From Candidatus Hermodarchaeota archaeon (GTDB taxonomy: Archaea; Asgardarchaeota; Lokiarchaeia; Sigyniarchaeales; SOKP01): a stretch of DNA of 51,952 nucleotides. The notes under the pieces are model-generated. The model saw only the letters and a program-made list of their open reading frames with translations. It was not told where the DNA came from and ran no database searches. The position numbers and the translations under genes are program-made. The DNA lies in contig JBHLLG010000018.1 of NCBI GenBank assembly GCA_048885925.1, positions 1-51,952 on the forward strand, read 5' to 3'. This document shows, piece after piece, positions 36,227-44,452 of the stretch (position 1 is its first letter; every line of letters starts with the position of its first letter).

Positions 36227-37960
36227 TCATTTTAATATTTTTATGCCTCGAAGTTCAAGCTTATGTAAAAAATCTAGATAACCCTTTAAATTATTTTTTT
36301 CTATGTTTAGGTATTTAATAGATGGCAACGATTCGAGCGACTCTGGTAATTGGCTTAAATGATTTGTTCTTAAGAATAAAAATTTTAAAGATTTTAGGAA
36401 TCCTATTGATTCTGGGAGTGTAGATAACTTATTGTTTCCTAAATATAAATATTTTAATGATTGCAAGGATCCTATAGAATCTGGAATTTCTTTTAGTTCA
36501 TTATAATAGAGATATAAATGTTTAAGCGATGTTAAAGCACCAATTGATTCAGGAATACTTGATAAACGATTCTTACCTAGATCAAGAACTTCAAGACTTG
36601 TTAAAAATCCAATTGATTTAGGGATAGTCTCTAAACGATTAAATCCTAGTATTAATGTTTTTATTGAAGGAAGATTTCCTATCGACGTGGGAAGGCTTTT
36701 TAGTTGATTTGTAGATAAATCTAATTCAAGAAGTGATTCTAGTGAACCTAACGAATCTGGAATTTCTTGTAATTCGTTTTTACTCAAATCCAATATTTTG
36801 AGAGATCCGAGCTTCCCAATTGCATCTGGAAGCTTTTCTATTTTATTGTCATACAAATTCAATTCTTTTAAAGATTTTAAAAAACCAATAGATTCAGGGA
36901 TTTCCTCTAAATCATTATTTTCAAGATTTAATGTCTCAAGATTTTTAAGATTTCCTATAGAATCGGGAATTTCGGTTAATTCATTATTATCAGATTTTAA
37001 AATTTGAAGAGTCTTAAGATTTGCTATTGATGATGGAAGTAATTTTAATTTATTATTTGATAATTCTAATCGAAGTAATGACTTCAAAGAACCTATTGAA
37101 TCAGGAAGCTTTTGTAAATTATTAGATGAAAGATTCAAATTATTTAATGAAAATAGTGATCCGATTGAATCTGGGAGTTTTATTAATTTATTTGATATCA
37201 AGCCTAAATATATTAGATTTCCTAATTGTCCAATAGAGTCTGGTAATTTGCTTAAATTATTACCTTTTAAGAAAAGTGAGGTCAGAAAAGATAACTTACC
37301 AATAGTTTCTGGAAGTTCAGTTAGCATATTGTTTCTTAAATTCAATCTTTTCAATGATGATATATTACCTAATGATTCTGGAAGATTTATTAAGTTGTTA
37401 TTTCCTAAATATAGAATTTCTAAAGAAGGAAGGTCGCCTATTGAAATAGGTAATTTTTCAATATTATTTCCACTTAAATCTAGAGTTTTTAAATTTCTCA
37501 TCTTACCCAAAGTGGTAGGAATACTTTCTAACTCATTTCCGCTTATATCTAAAATTTCTAGAGATTCGAGAGATCCAAGGGATTGTGGTAAATTTTTTAA
37601 ATGGTTCGATTCTAAATGTAATTCTTTTAGTTGGGTAAGAAATCTAATCGAGTCAGGTAGTGTATTTAACTCATTTTCACTTAAATCTAAAATCTCAAGA
37701 GAATTAAGGGAAGTTAATTCTTCTGATATGTTCTCTACATTATTTCCTCTAAGATAAAGATGTTTAAGTGATGAAAATTCCTTTATTTCCTTTGGAATAT
37801 TTGATAATCTACAAGAAAATAAGCTCAAGCCAATTATGGTTTGATCTCGCATATTATATCCGAGAGAATATCGTTCTAAAGGATAACTTTCTGATATTGA
37901 CTCTCCAATATAATCTTCGATTATCTCTAGTGCTTTTTGTTCTTTATCTAAAAGATTCAT
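36227..37960 (-). CDS. Leucine-rich repeat protein (22 x 23-aa repeats)
   Basis: Consensus LxxLPxSIGxLxxLxxLxLxxNx repeated without gaps from about aa 52 to 557. Confidence 0.95.
   Translation of the reverse strand: MNLLDKEQKALEIIEDYIGESISESYPLERYSLGYNMRDQTIIGLSLFSCRLSNIPKEIKEFSSLKHLYLRGNNVENISEELTSLNSLEILDLSENELNTLPDSIRFLTQLKELHLESNHLKNLPQSLGSLESLEILDISGNELESIPTTLGKMRNLKTLDLSGNNIEKLPISIGDLPSLEILYLGNNNLINLPESLGNISSLKRLNLRNNMLTELPETIGKLSFLTSLFLKGNNLSKLPDSIGQLGNLIYLGLISNKLIKLPDSIGSLFSLNNLNLSSNNLQKLPDSIGSLKSLLRLELSNNKLKLLPSSIANLKTLQILKSDNNELTEIPDSIGNLKNLETLNLENNDLEEIPESIGFLKSLKELNLYDNKIEKLPDAIGKLGSLKILDLSKNELQEIPDSLGSLESLLELDLSTNQLKSLPTSIGNLPSIKTLILGFNRLETIPKSIGFLTSLEVLDLGKNRLSSIPESIGALTSLKHLYLYYNELKEIPDSIGSLQSLKYLYLGNNKLSTLPESIGFLKSLKFLFLRTNHLSQLPESLESLPSIKYLNIEKNNLKGYLDFLHKLELRGIKILK
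36290..37807 (-). repeat. 69-bp-period degenerate coding tandem repeat (LRR array)
   Basis: 22 consecutive 23-codon units counted in the translation; diverged at DNA level. Confidence 0.85.
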
Positions 37961-38135
37961 TTTTATATCAATTGATCTAATATTTTACAATAATTATTAT
38001 CAAATATAGTTTAAAAAATAATATAATCTGATAATATTTATGTTTGATATATTTGTAATAAAATTAGAATTACTAAGAATGTAAATATATAACTAGAAAA
38101 AAATAAAATTTAAAATAAAATATAGAGGTATAATA

Positions 38136-39335
38136 TCAGAAGTCAACATCTTTCCCTTCATATGCATAAGTGAATAATTTTTCAAATTCTGCTTTATTTG
38201 GAATTCTAGGTACTAATACGCTAGTAGCTTCTTGAAAACATAATGAAATTAGAGTTTTAAAATTCTCATCAAAATCTTTTTTAGATACACCTGTTTCTCT
38301 AAGGCTTAAAGGAAAATTAACTTCTTTTTGAAGTTCTTTAATCTTACCCACTACGCTATAAGCTGCTTTTTTATCATCCTCGTCCCATTTAGCCCAACCT
38401 AATTGTTTGGCTAACTTCCCATAGATTTTTATAGCCTCAGAAGTCACACTAGGATCATTTAAAATGTACTGTACTGCATAAGGAAGAGAAATTCCACAGG
38501 CTTCTCCGTGCGGTACATGAAAGAGTGACCCAAAAATATGACCTAAAGTATGTGCAAGCATAACTTGAGCATTTCCAAAAGCTAATCCTGAGATAGTTGC
38601 TGCTTGATGCATCATATCTCTTGCTTCCTTATTTTCTCCATCTTTATATGATAATGGTAAAAATTTAAATATAAGCTCTATAGCCTTTAATGCTAAAGCA
38701 TTACTGAATTCATTTCCCCAAAGAGAAACTAAACATTCAACCGAATGAGCTAAAGCATCAAATGCAGCGTATATTGTTAATTTAGGAGGCATACTTCTAG
38801 TAAATATAGGGTCAACAATTGCATAGGTAGGAACTAAGCCTTTATTCATGCAAAAGACTTTTTTCCAGATATTATCTTCATATCTAGATATAACTGCAAC
38901 ATTTGTTGTTTCTGCTCCTGTTCCAGAATTAGTAGGAATTGCAACTAAATTTGCTTTTTTACCCATTTCAAATAATTCATAATTATTAATTTGAATATTA
39001 TCTATATTGTAATCTGGAAATTCATATAAACACCAAATTGCTTTAGCAGTATCTATAACAGAACCTCCACCTAATGCAATAATTAAATCAGGGTTAAATT
39101 TAATACATTCTTCTTTACCTTTCATAACATCCTCTTCATGAGGATCTGGAACTATATCTTTAAATATTGCATAACTTCTTTGATATTTGTCTAGTTTATC
39201 AGTCAATATTCTTAATAGTCCAACCTCTTCAATACCTTTATCCGTAACAATAAAACATTTATTTCCCTTTATATTTTCCAAGAAGTCTAATGCATCTTCA
39301 CCAAATATAATGTTAGGACTGTAAAAGTACCACAT
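38136..39335 (-). CDS. Iron-containing alcohol dehydrogenase
   Basis: ALGGGSVIDTAK, AIPTNSGTGAE, FDALAHSVE, HTLGH, VPHG; AGGTGA SD. Confidence 0.92.
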   Translation of the reverse strand: MWYFYSPNIIFGEDALDFLENIKGNKCFIVTDKGIEEVGLLRILTDKLDKYQRSYAIFKDIVPDPHEEDVMKGKEECIKFNPDLIIALGGGSVIDTAKAIWCLYEFPDYNIDNIQINNYELFEMGKKANLVAIPTNSGTGAETTNVAVISRYEDNIWKKVFCMNKGLVPTYAIVDPIFTRSMPPKLTIYAAFDALAHSVECLVSLWGNEFSNALALKAIELIFKFLPLSYKDGENKEARDMMHQAATISGLAFGNAQVMLAHTLGHIFGSLFHVPHGEACGISLPYAVQYILNDPSVTSEAIKIYGKLAKQLGWAKWDEDDKKAAYSVVGKIKELQKEVNFPLSLRETGVSKKDFDENFKTLISLCFQEATSVLVPRIPNKAEFEKLFTYAYEGKDVDF

Positions 39336-39350
39336 TTATATTTTTCACCT

Positions 39351-39375
39351 TTAAATTTAGAATTTCTAGATTTAA
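39351..39375. promoter_or_regulatory. Near-perfect 25-bp palindrome in the Fe-ADH/SCP2 divergent spacer
   Basis: TTAAATTTAGAA-T-TTCTAGATTTAA, 11 of 12 complementary positions, directly upstream of the ADH SD. Confidence 0.35.
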
Positions 39376-39531
39376 TATAAAAAAAATATTGTTTTAAATT
39401 GTAAATAATATTTTTGTTAATAATATTATTAAATTTAACAATTTAATGAAAATTATATTAAATTATTGGTATTTAATTAAAAAGGAATAAAAGGGGATAT
39501 ATTTAAAATTAGATAATTTGGTTAGGTAAAA

Positions 39532-39939
39532 ATGAAAGAAGAAGAAATGGAAAATCTTTATATTACTTTTCAACAAACAATTGAAAGTATAATAAAGGAT
39601 AAACGAAAATATCCCAAAAATAAAAAATTGCTTGATAATTTTAAAGCAAAGATAAATTTAGGTCTTCAAATTGAAGAGGATTCTTATTTTTGGGTAAATC
39701 TGATTACAGGAGAAGGAAACTTTAACTTAAACAGGGGAAAATTAGAGGAGTATGATTTAGAAATTACATCAGCTCCAGAAGATTTATTATTCTTTGCAAA
39801 TGGAGAAAATTCAACCATTCATATGTTATTTAAAAAAAATAGATTTGGAAATAAGAAGTTAAAATTCTCAAAAGGTTCGAATGGAAAGCGTAATTTTGGA
39901 ATTTTATTAAAGCTTTCAAAAATCCTCGTTCTTGATTGA
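39532..39939 (+). CDS. SCP2 (sterol carrier protein-2)-like lipid-binding protein
   Basis: FWVNL..GNF..RGKLEEYDLEITS..EDLL..ANGE......F....KKLKF follows the SCP2 pattern, with an insertion. Confidence 0.55.
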   Translation: MKEEEMENLYITFQQTIESIIKDKRKYPKNKKLLDNFKAKINLGLQIEEDSYFWVNLITGEGNFNLNRGKLEEYDLEITSAPEDLLFFANGENSTIHMLFKKNRFGNKKLKFSKGSNGKRNFGILLKLSKILVLD

Positions 39940-40032
39940 ATAATAATCTAGAGATTTAATGTTTTTTTCTTAAAATTCGATATAATTAAAGCAAATAATG
40001 AAAATTTTTAATACAATAACTTCTTTTTTTTA

Positions 40033-40067
40033 AATATTAAGCTGAGGGTTTAACTTGGCTTAATATT
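40033..40067 (+). other. 14-bp stem-loop with two G-U pairs upstream of the methyltransferase
   Basis: AATATTAAGCTGAG-GGTTTAA-CTTGGCTTAATATT. Confidence 0.4.
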
Positions 40068-40090
40068 GAAACTTATTTCAATGATTATTA

Positions 40091-41038
40091 ATGAAATTGA
40101 TTAGTAATTGTCTAATTTGTAATTCAAATAAATTAATAGTTAAAAAACAATATAGTTTTTTACGATTTAAGAGAATTTTCACTGAAACTTTGAAATATAA
40201 AGAAAAAATTAGCTTTAATATTAATCTGTGTAAACAATGTGGATTTATTTTTCTTAATCCAAGATTTTCTGAAGAAGATTATAAGAAGATATATAAATAT
40301 GAAGAAAAAATCTTGTCTTTGGATTCAAGTGTTGTAGAAAACTATACCAAGAGAATAGAATATAACTACAATTTTATTAAAAAATTTTATAGAAATAATC
40401 TGAAAGACAAACCTAATATCTTAGATTATGGAGGAAATGCTGGTTATATGCTTTTACCTTTCTTAAAAGAATATAATTGTTATTTAATCGATTATTTTGA
40501 ATATGAATTACATGAAGGAATTCATTATTTGGGAAGAACTTCAGCTGACTTAAAAGATGATATTAAATTTAATATTATTTTTTCTGTTCAAGTATTAGAA
40601 CATGTGAATAATCCAAGAAATTTAATTGAAGTTCTGGGTCAAAAGTTAAGTGAGGATGGAATTCTTTATGTTCAGGTTCCTTTGGGTTGTTTAAAGGAAT
40701 GGAAATCATTAGATACTCCATTAAGACATATCAATTTTTTTTCAGGGCAAAGTCTATATAATTGTTTCAGATATGCTGGTTTAAAAATTATTTATTTAAA
40801 ATCATTTTTTCATTATGGGGGTAAAGTACCTTCAAGGTGGATGCTAAACATAATAGGTACAAAAAAAAATCGTGATCAAAAACAACCAAATATAAAATAT
40901 TTATCAACAAAACAACAATATGTATTAAGGTATTTCTATTTTATACCATATTTTCTTTTAAATAAAAAGTATAAACTAAAAACAATTAAAGAAGATTTGA
41001 AAAAAATATTAATAAAAATTAGAAGGATTTCTGCTTAA
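40091..41038 (+). CDS. Class I SAM-dependent methyltransferase with N-terminal CxxC...CxxC Zn site
   Basis: CLIC...CKQCGFIFLNPR, motif I ILDYGGNAG, VLEHV..P, GILYVQVP, HINFFS. Confidence 0.82.
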   Translation: MKLISNCLICNSNKLIVKKQYSFLRFKRIFTETLKYKEKISFNINLCKQCGFIFLNPRFSEEDYKKIYKYEEKILSLDSSVVENYTKRIEYNYNFIKKFYRNNLKDKPNILDYGGNAGYMLLPFLKEYNCYLIDYFEYELHEGIHYLGRTSADLKDDIKFNIIFSVQVLEHVNNPRNLIEVLGQKLSEDGILYVQVPLGCLKEWKSLDTPLRHINFFSGQSLYNCFRYAGLKIIYLKSFFHYGGKVPSRWMLNIIGTKKNRDQKQPNIKYLSTKQQYVLRYFYFIPYFLLNKKYKLKTIKEDLKKILIKIRRISA

Positions 41039-41090
41039 TAATAAGATTTGCTATTAATGTATATTTTTTTTGAATTTTCAAGTCTCTAAC

Positions 41091-41717
41091 TTATTTCTTA
41101 TGCAATGCATTTTCTTTAAAAATATAATAATATATTGTCTCTTTCATGGTTTCTATGTTCGTTTTTAGTTGTAGCAACTTAATATTAATTTCTTTCCTAT
41201 TTTCACTAAGATTGAGTATAATAAATGAAGGAATTCCACTTGCAAAAAAAGACCAGGCTCCAGTTACGCTTCCAGGATTCAATAATAAAATCCCCTTATC
41301 TGTAAGGAATACTTCCTCTTTGTGTGTATGACCAGATATTAAAATATTATAACTATTGTCAATTGCTAGTAATTCTAATTGCCTAAGATCACCTCTTGGT
41401 GTTATCTGGTGCCCATGAATTAACCCAATAGTAATTTTTTGAGTATCTAAAAAGGTAAAATCTAATTTTTGATAGACTGGTACATCATTAATACCATAAA
41501 AATAATCCATATTTCCCATAACTTTAAATAACACATTTCTTGTTTTCTGGTTAAGAAATTCTATTAATATTGGGAAATTAACAATGTCTCCAGTGAAAAA
41601 TGTGTAATCAAAAGGATCTGTTTCAGTTAATTGATTTATTTTATTGTAGATTTGATTAGGGAGATCTTGAGCTCGATTAGGTATGTGAGCATCTCCTATA
41701 CATAATATTCGAACCAT
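41091..41717 (-). CDS. Vps29-like metallophosphoesterase-fold protein
   Basis: IGDAHIPNRAQDLP, IGLIHGHQITPRGD, ILISGHTHK, LNPGSVTGAW, IPSF closely track eukaryotic Vps29 motifs. Confidence 0.82.
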   Translation of the reverse strand: MVRILCIGDAHIPNRAQDLPNQIYNKINQLTETDPFDYTFFTGDIVNFPILIEFLNQKTRNVLFKVMGNMDYFYGINDVPVYQKLDFTFLDTQKITIGLIHGHQITPRGDLRQLELLAIDNSYNILISGHTHKEEVFLTDKGILLLNPGSVTGAWSFFASGIPSFIILNLSENRKEINIKLLQLKTNIETMKETIYYYIFKENALHKK

Positions 41718-41722
41718 AATTC

Positions 41723-43207
41723 TTATATGTAATTTACAATCTTACTTTTACTTTTTGATTCTTGAACTAAGATTCTAAAATTCTTAACCATATCCTCTAA
41801 GCTTGGAAAATCTGGTATACTATGCTGGTTTAATAATTCAGAGACTCTTTGAACCTCTTTAACTTCACCAATTAACCAAAAAAATACTGGTTTTGAAGTA
41901 TGATTTATAATTTCTATTAGATTATCCCAATTATCCATGTTTCTAAAATGTCTTGAACAAAACATCATATTAAAGATTCCCTCAATTTGTGGCTCATTAA
42001 GTATAATTTTATATACTTTATCCAATACAATTGCAGGGTTGATTTTATTCATCATAGCTTTTTCCATTGTTGGCCAAATGTCCACAAGTGCAAATTGATT
42101 TGGTGGCATCCATTCAGGAAATAGTCCTTTAAGTGTTTTATATGCTTTATCTCCAAATAAAGGAAAATTTAATCCATGTTGCATAGTAAGATCGGCTGAT
42201 ATGGTACCAGCACCACCTGAACCTGCTATCATTGATACATTACCATGGATAGGCAAATTTTTCCCCGTTTTATATATCATAGAAAACGTTCTAGCAAATT
42301 GAAATAATTCATTAAAATCTTTTGCTTGAATTACACCAGATTGTTTAATTATTGCATTTATTAATTGTGTATTTTCAGCAAGTGCCCCTGTATGACTTAG
42401 TGAAGCTTTTTTCCCTTGAGAAGTCAGTCCTCCTTTAACTAAAATAATTGTTTTATTTGGTATACTTTTTACTTTTCTACACAACTCTATAAATTTTCTT
42501 GGATCTTTAAATGATTCAAGATACATAGCAAAAACATTTACAGTTGGATCTTCTATCAAATATTCAAGAAAATCTATTTCGCTCAAATCCATTTTATTTC
42601 CGACTGAACATGAATATCTGAAACCAATTTCAGGATATTTTTCCATTATATACATAAGATAACCTCCATTTAACATCCCTGATTGGCTAATTATAGCTAT
42701 ATTCCCGCGTTTGTAGTTAGTGAAAACACCAAAACTAGAAAAGAATCCACCTTTAGACTCACTATCACTATCTCCATCAATCCTAGTTAATCCCATGCAA
42801 TTTGGACCTACTATTCTGATTTTTGAGAAATTTTGTGTAATTTTTAGGATTTTATCTTTTAATTCTAACCCTTCCTCTCCAACTTCTTCAAAACCTGAGG
42901 CTTCTATTATTGCTCCTTTTACACCTTTTTTAATACATTCCTCTAAAAGGCTAGGAATTTTTCTATTTGAAACATAAAAAATTGCTAAGTCAATATTATT
43001 GTCTATATCTAAAATAGATTTTTTAAATTCTAAATCAAATATCTTACCATTGGAGTTGGGATTAATAGGGTAAATTTTTCCCTTAAAATTATTTTGTACA
43101 AGATTATTTACAATTCGATATCCTCCTTTTACTGGATTTATTGAAGCACCAATTACAGCTACAGATTTTGGATTTAAAAATAAATCAATTATATTATTTT
43201 TCGCCAA
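41723..43207 (-). CDS. acdA: ADP-forming acyl-CoA synthetase alpha subunit
   Basis: FLNPKSVAVIGAS, SGFEEVG, RIVGPNCMG, ISQSG, SVGNKMD, phospho-His SHTGALA, SGGAG. Confidence 0.88.
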   Translation of the reverse strand: MAKNNIIDLFLNPKSVAVIGASINPVKGGYRIVNNLVQNNFKGKIYPINPNSNGKIFDLEFKKSILDIDNNIDLAIFYVSNRKIPSLLEECIKKGVKGAIIEASGFEEVGEEGLELKDKILKITQNFSKIRIVGPNCMGLTRIDGDSDSESKGGFFSSFGVFTNYKRGNIAIISQSGMLNGGYLMYIMEKYPEIGFRYSCSVGNKMDLSEIDFLEYLIEDPTVNVFAMYLESFKDPRKFIELCRKVKSIPNKTIILVKGGLTSQGKKASLSHTGALAENTQLINAIIKQSGVIQAKDFNELFQFARTFSMIYKTGKNLPIHGNVSMIAGSGGAGTISADLTMQHGLNFPLFGDKAYKTLKGLFPEWMPPNQFALVDIWPTMEKAMMNKINPAIVLDKVYKIILNEPQIEGIFNMMFCSRHFRNMDNWDNLIEIINHTSKPVFFWLIGEVKEVQRVSELLNQHSIPDFPSLEDMVKNFRILVQESKSKSKIVNYI

Positions 43208-43236
43208 TATAATAACGCCTTCTTGTTGATTTGTAT

Positions 43237-44340
43237 CTAATTTCCTTTATATTTTTTATATTCTATCTGAACAAATTTATATAATTTCTTTGCACTTTCA
43301 TCTTTTTCAAAATGTTCCCTCACAGGAGCCAGAAATTGGTTGAGATATTTTATTACAGCAGGCTTTAAATCGGGAGGATTTAATTTACCCTCCAAATAAT
43401 CCTTTTCTAAATCCTCATAAGATTTATATTCGATATTCCCGCCAAATTTTTCTGGTCTATCAACCTTAAAGACGTCTATAAGTTCAAAAATGATGTACTT
43501 ACAATATTCTAAAACTGGATTTTCATTAACTTGCTTTGGAGGGCAATATGCTTTGTTTATTTTACGTTTAACCTCATTAGAAGAATCTAACATAAAGACA
43601 GCTGTATCAGGATCAGATTTTGACATTTTAAATTCAATAGCTCGGTCGAATCCAGTTAAATCTGTATCTGGAGGTTTTGTTAATCCCATTAACATATGAT
43701 GATGAATGGCAACAGGCTTAGGTCTGTCAATTTTCTTCGCAACTTCCCTTGCTAACACATTTACTTTTCTTTGATCCAAACCAAGTTGACAAATATCTGC
43801 GGGAAGATAAAAAATGTCGGCTGTTTGCATTAGGGGATATAATATTTGAGAAGCATACAATTTTTCAGATTCACTTCTCCCCATTATTTGAGTACATCTT
43901 TTAACTCTTTTTAAAGTTGTTTCTATACCAATTTTTAATACTAACTCCCAATATTTTGGATCTTTAACTAGATCTGAAGCATAAATAAACTCTATTTTAC
44001 TTAAGTCCATCCCACAAACCTTCCAGAGTTCTATGAAAAAATCTCCAACTTTCTTAATTACTTCCAAATTACCACCAAACTTTTTATTAGCAGCAGCATG
44101 CCAATCAGCAATTAGAAATTTAAATCGAATTCCTGCCTTAGTTATCTTATTTACATTAATAGTTCTTAAAAGCCCTTGAGCAATGTGAATATTTCCAGAA
44201 GGCTCAAAACCATCATAAGCGTAGACTTCTTGGTTATGTTCTATTTTCCATTGAATCATATCCCTTAATTCATCTAAAGTGATAATTTCTTCTCCAACTT
44301 CACTTAACAAAGCAATTTTTTCATCTAGACTTAATGACAT
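43237..44340 (-). CDS. tyrS: Tyrosyl-tRNA synthetase (archaeal/eukaryotic type)
   Basis: YDGFEPSGNIHIAQG (HIGH-like), YPLMQTAD, QLGLDQRKVN, KMSKS; start is ATG 44340 or GTG 44352. Confidence 0.96.
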   Translation of the reverse strand: MSLSLDEKIALLSEVGEEIITLDELRDMIQWKIEHNQEVYAYDGFEPSGNIHIAQGLLRTINVNKITKAGIRFKFLIADWHAAANKKFGGNLEVIKKVGDFFIELWKVCGMDLSKIEFIYASDLVKDPKYWELVLKIGIETTLKRVKRCTQIMGRSESEKLYASQILYPLMQTADIFYLPADICQLGLDQRKVNVLAREVAKKIDRPKPVAIHHHMLMGLTKPPDTDLTGFDRAIEFKMSKSDPDTAVFMLDSSNEVKRKINKAYCPPKQVNENPVLEYCKYIIFELIDVFKVDRPEKFGGNIEYKSYEDLEKDYLEGKLNPPDLKPAVIKYLNQFLAPVREHFEKDESAKKLYKFVQIEYKKYKGN

Positions 44341-44452
44341 ATCATTTTTCACTCAACACTATATAAAGTAGTAAATTGTTTGGTTGATAAAACTTTTACG
44401 TATATTAAGATTATAAAAGTAGACAATTGAGATAAAATTAGATAAATTTAAA

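Noticed and set aside
36290-37807. 69-bp periodicity as a CRISPR array or DGR-like repeat
   Set aside because: The units are degenerate in-frame LRR codons, with no identical direct repeats plus spacers and no cas or reverse transcriptase gene.
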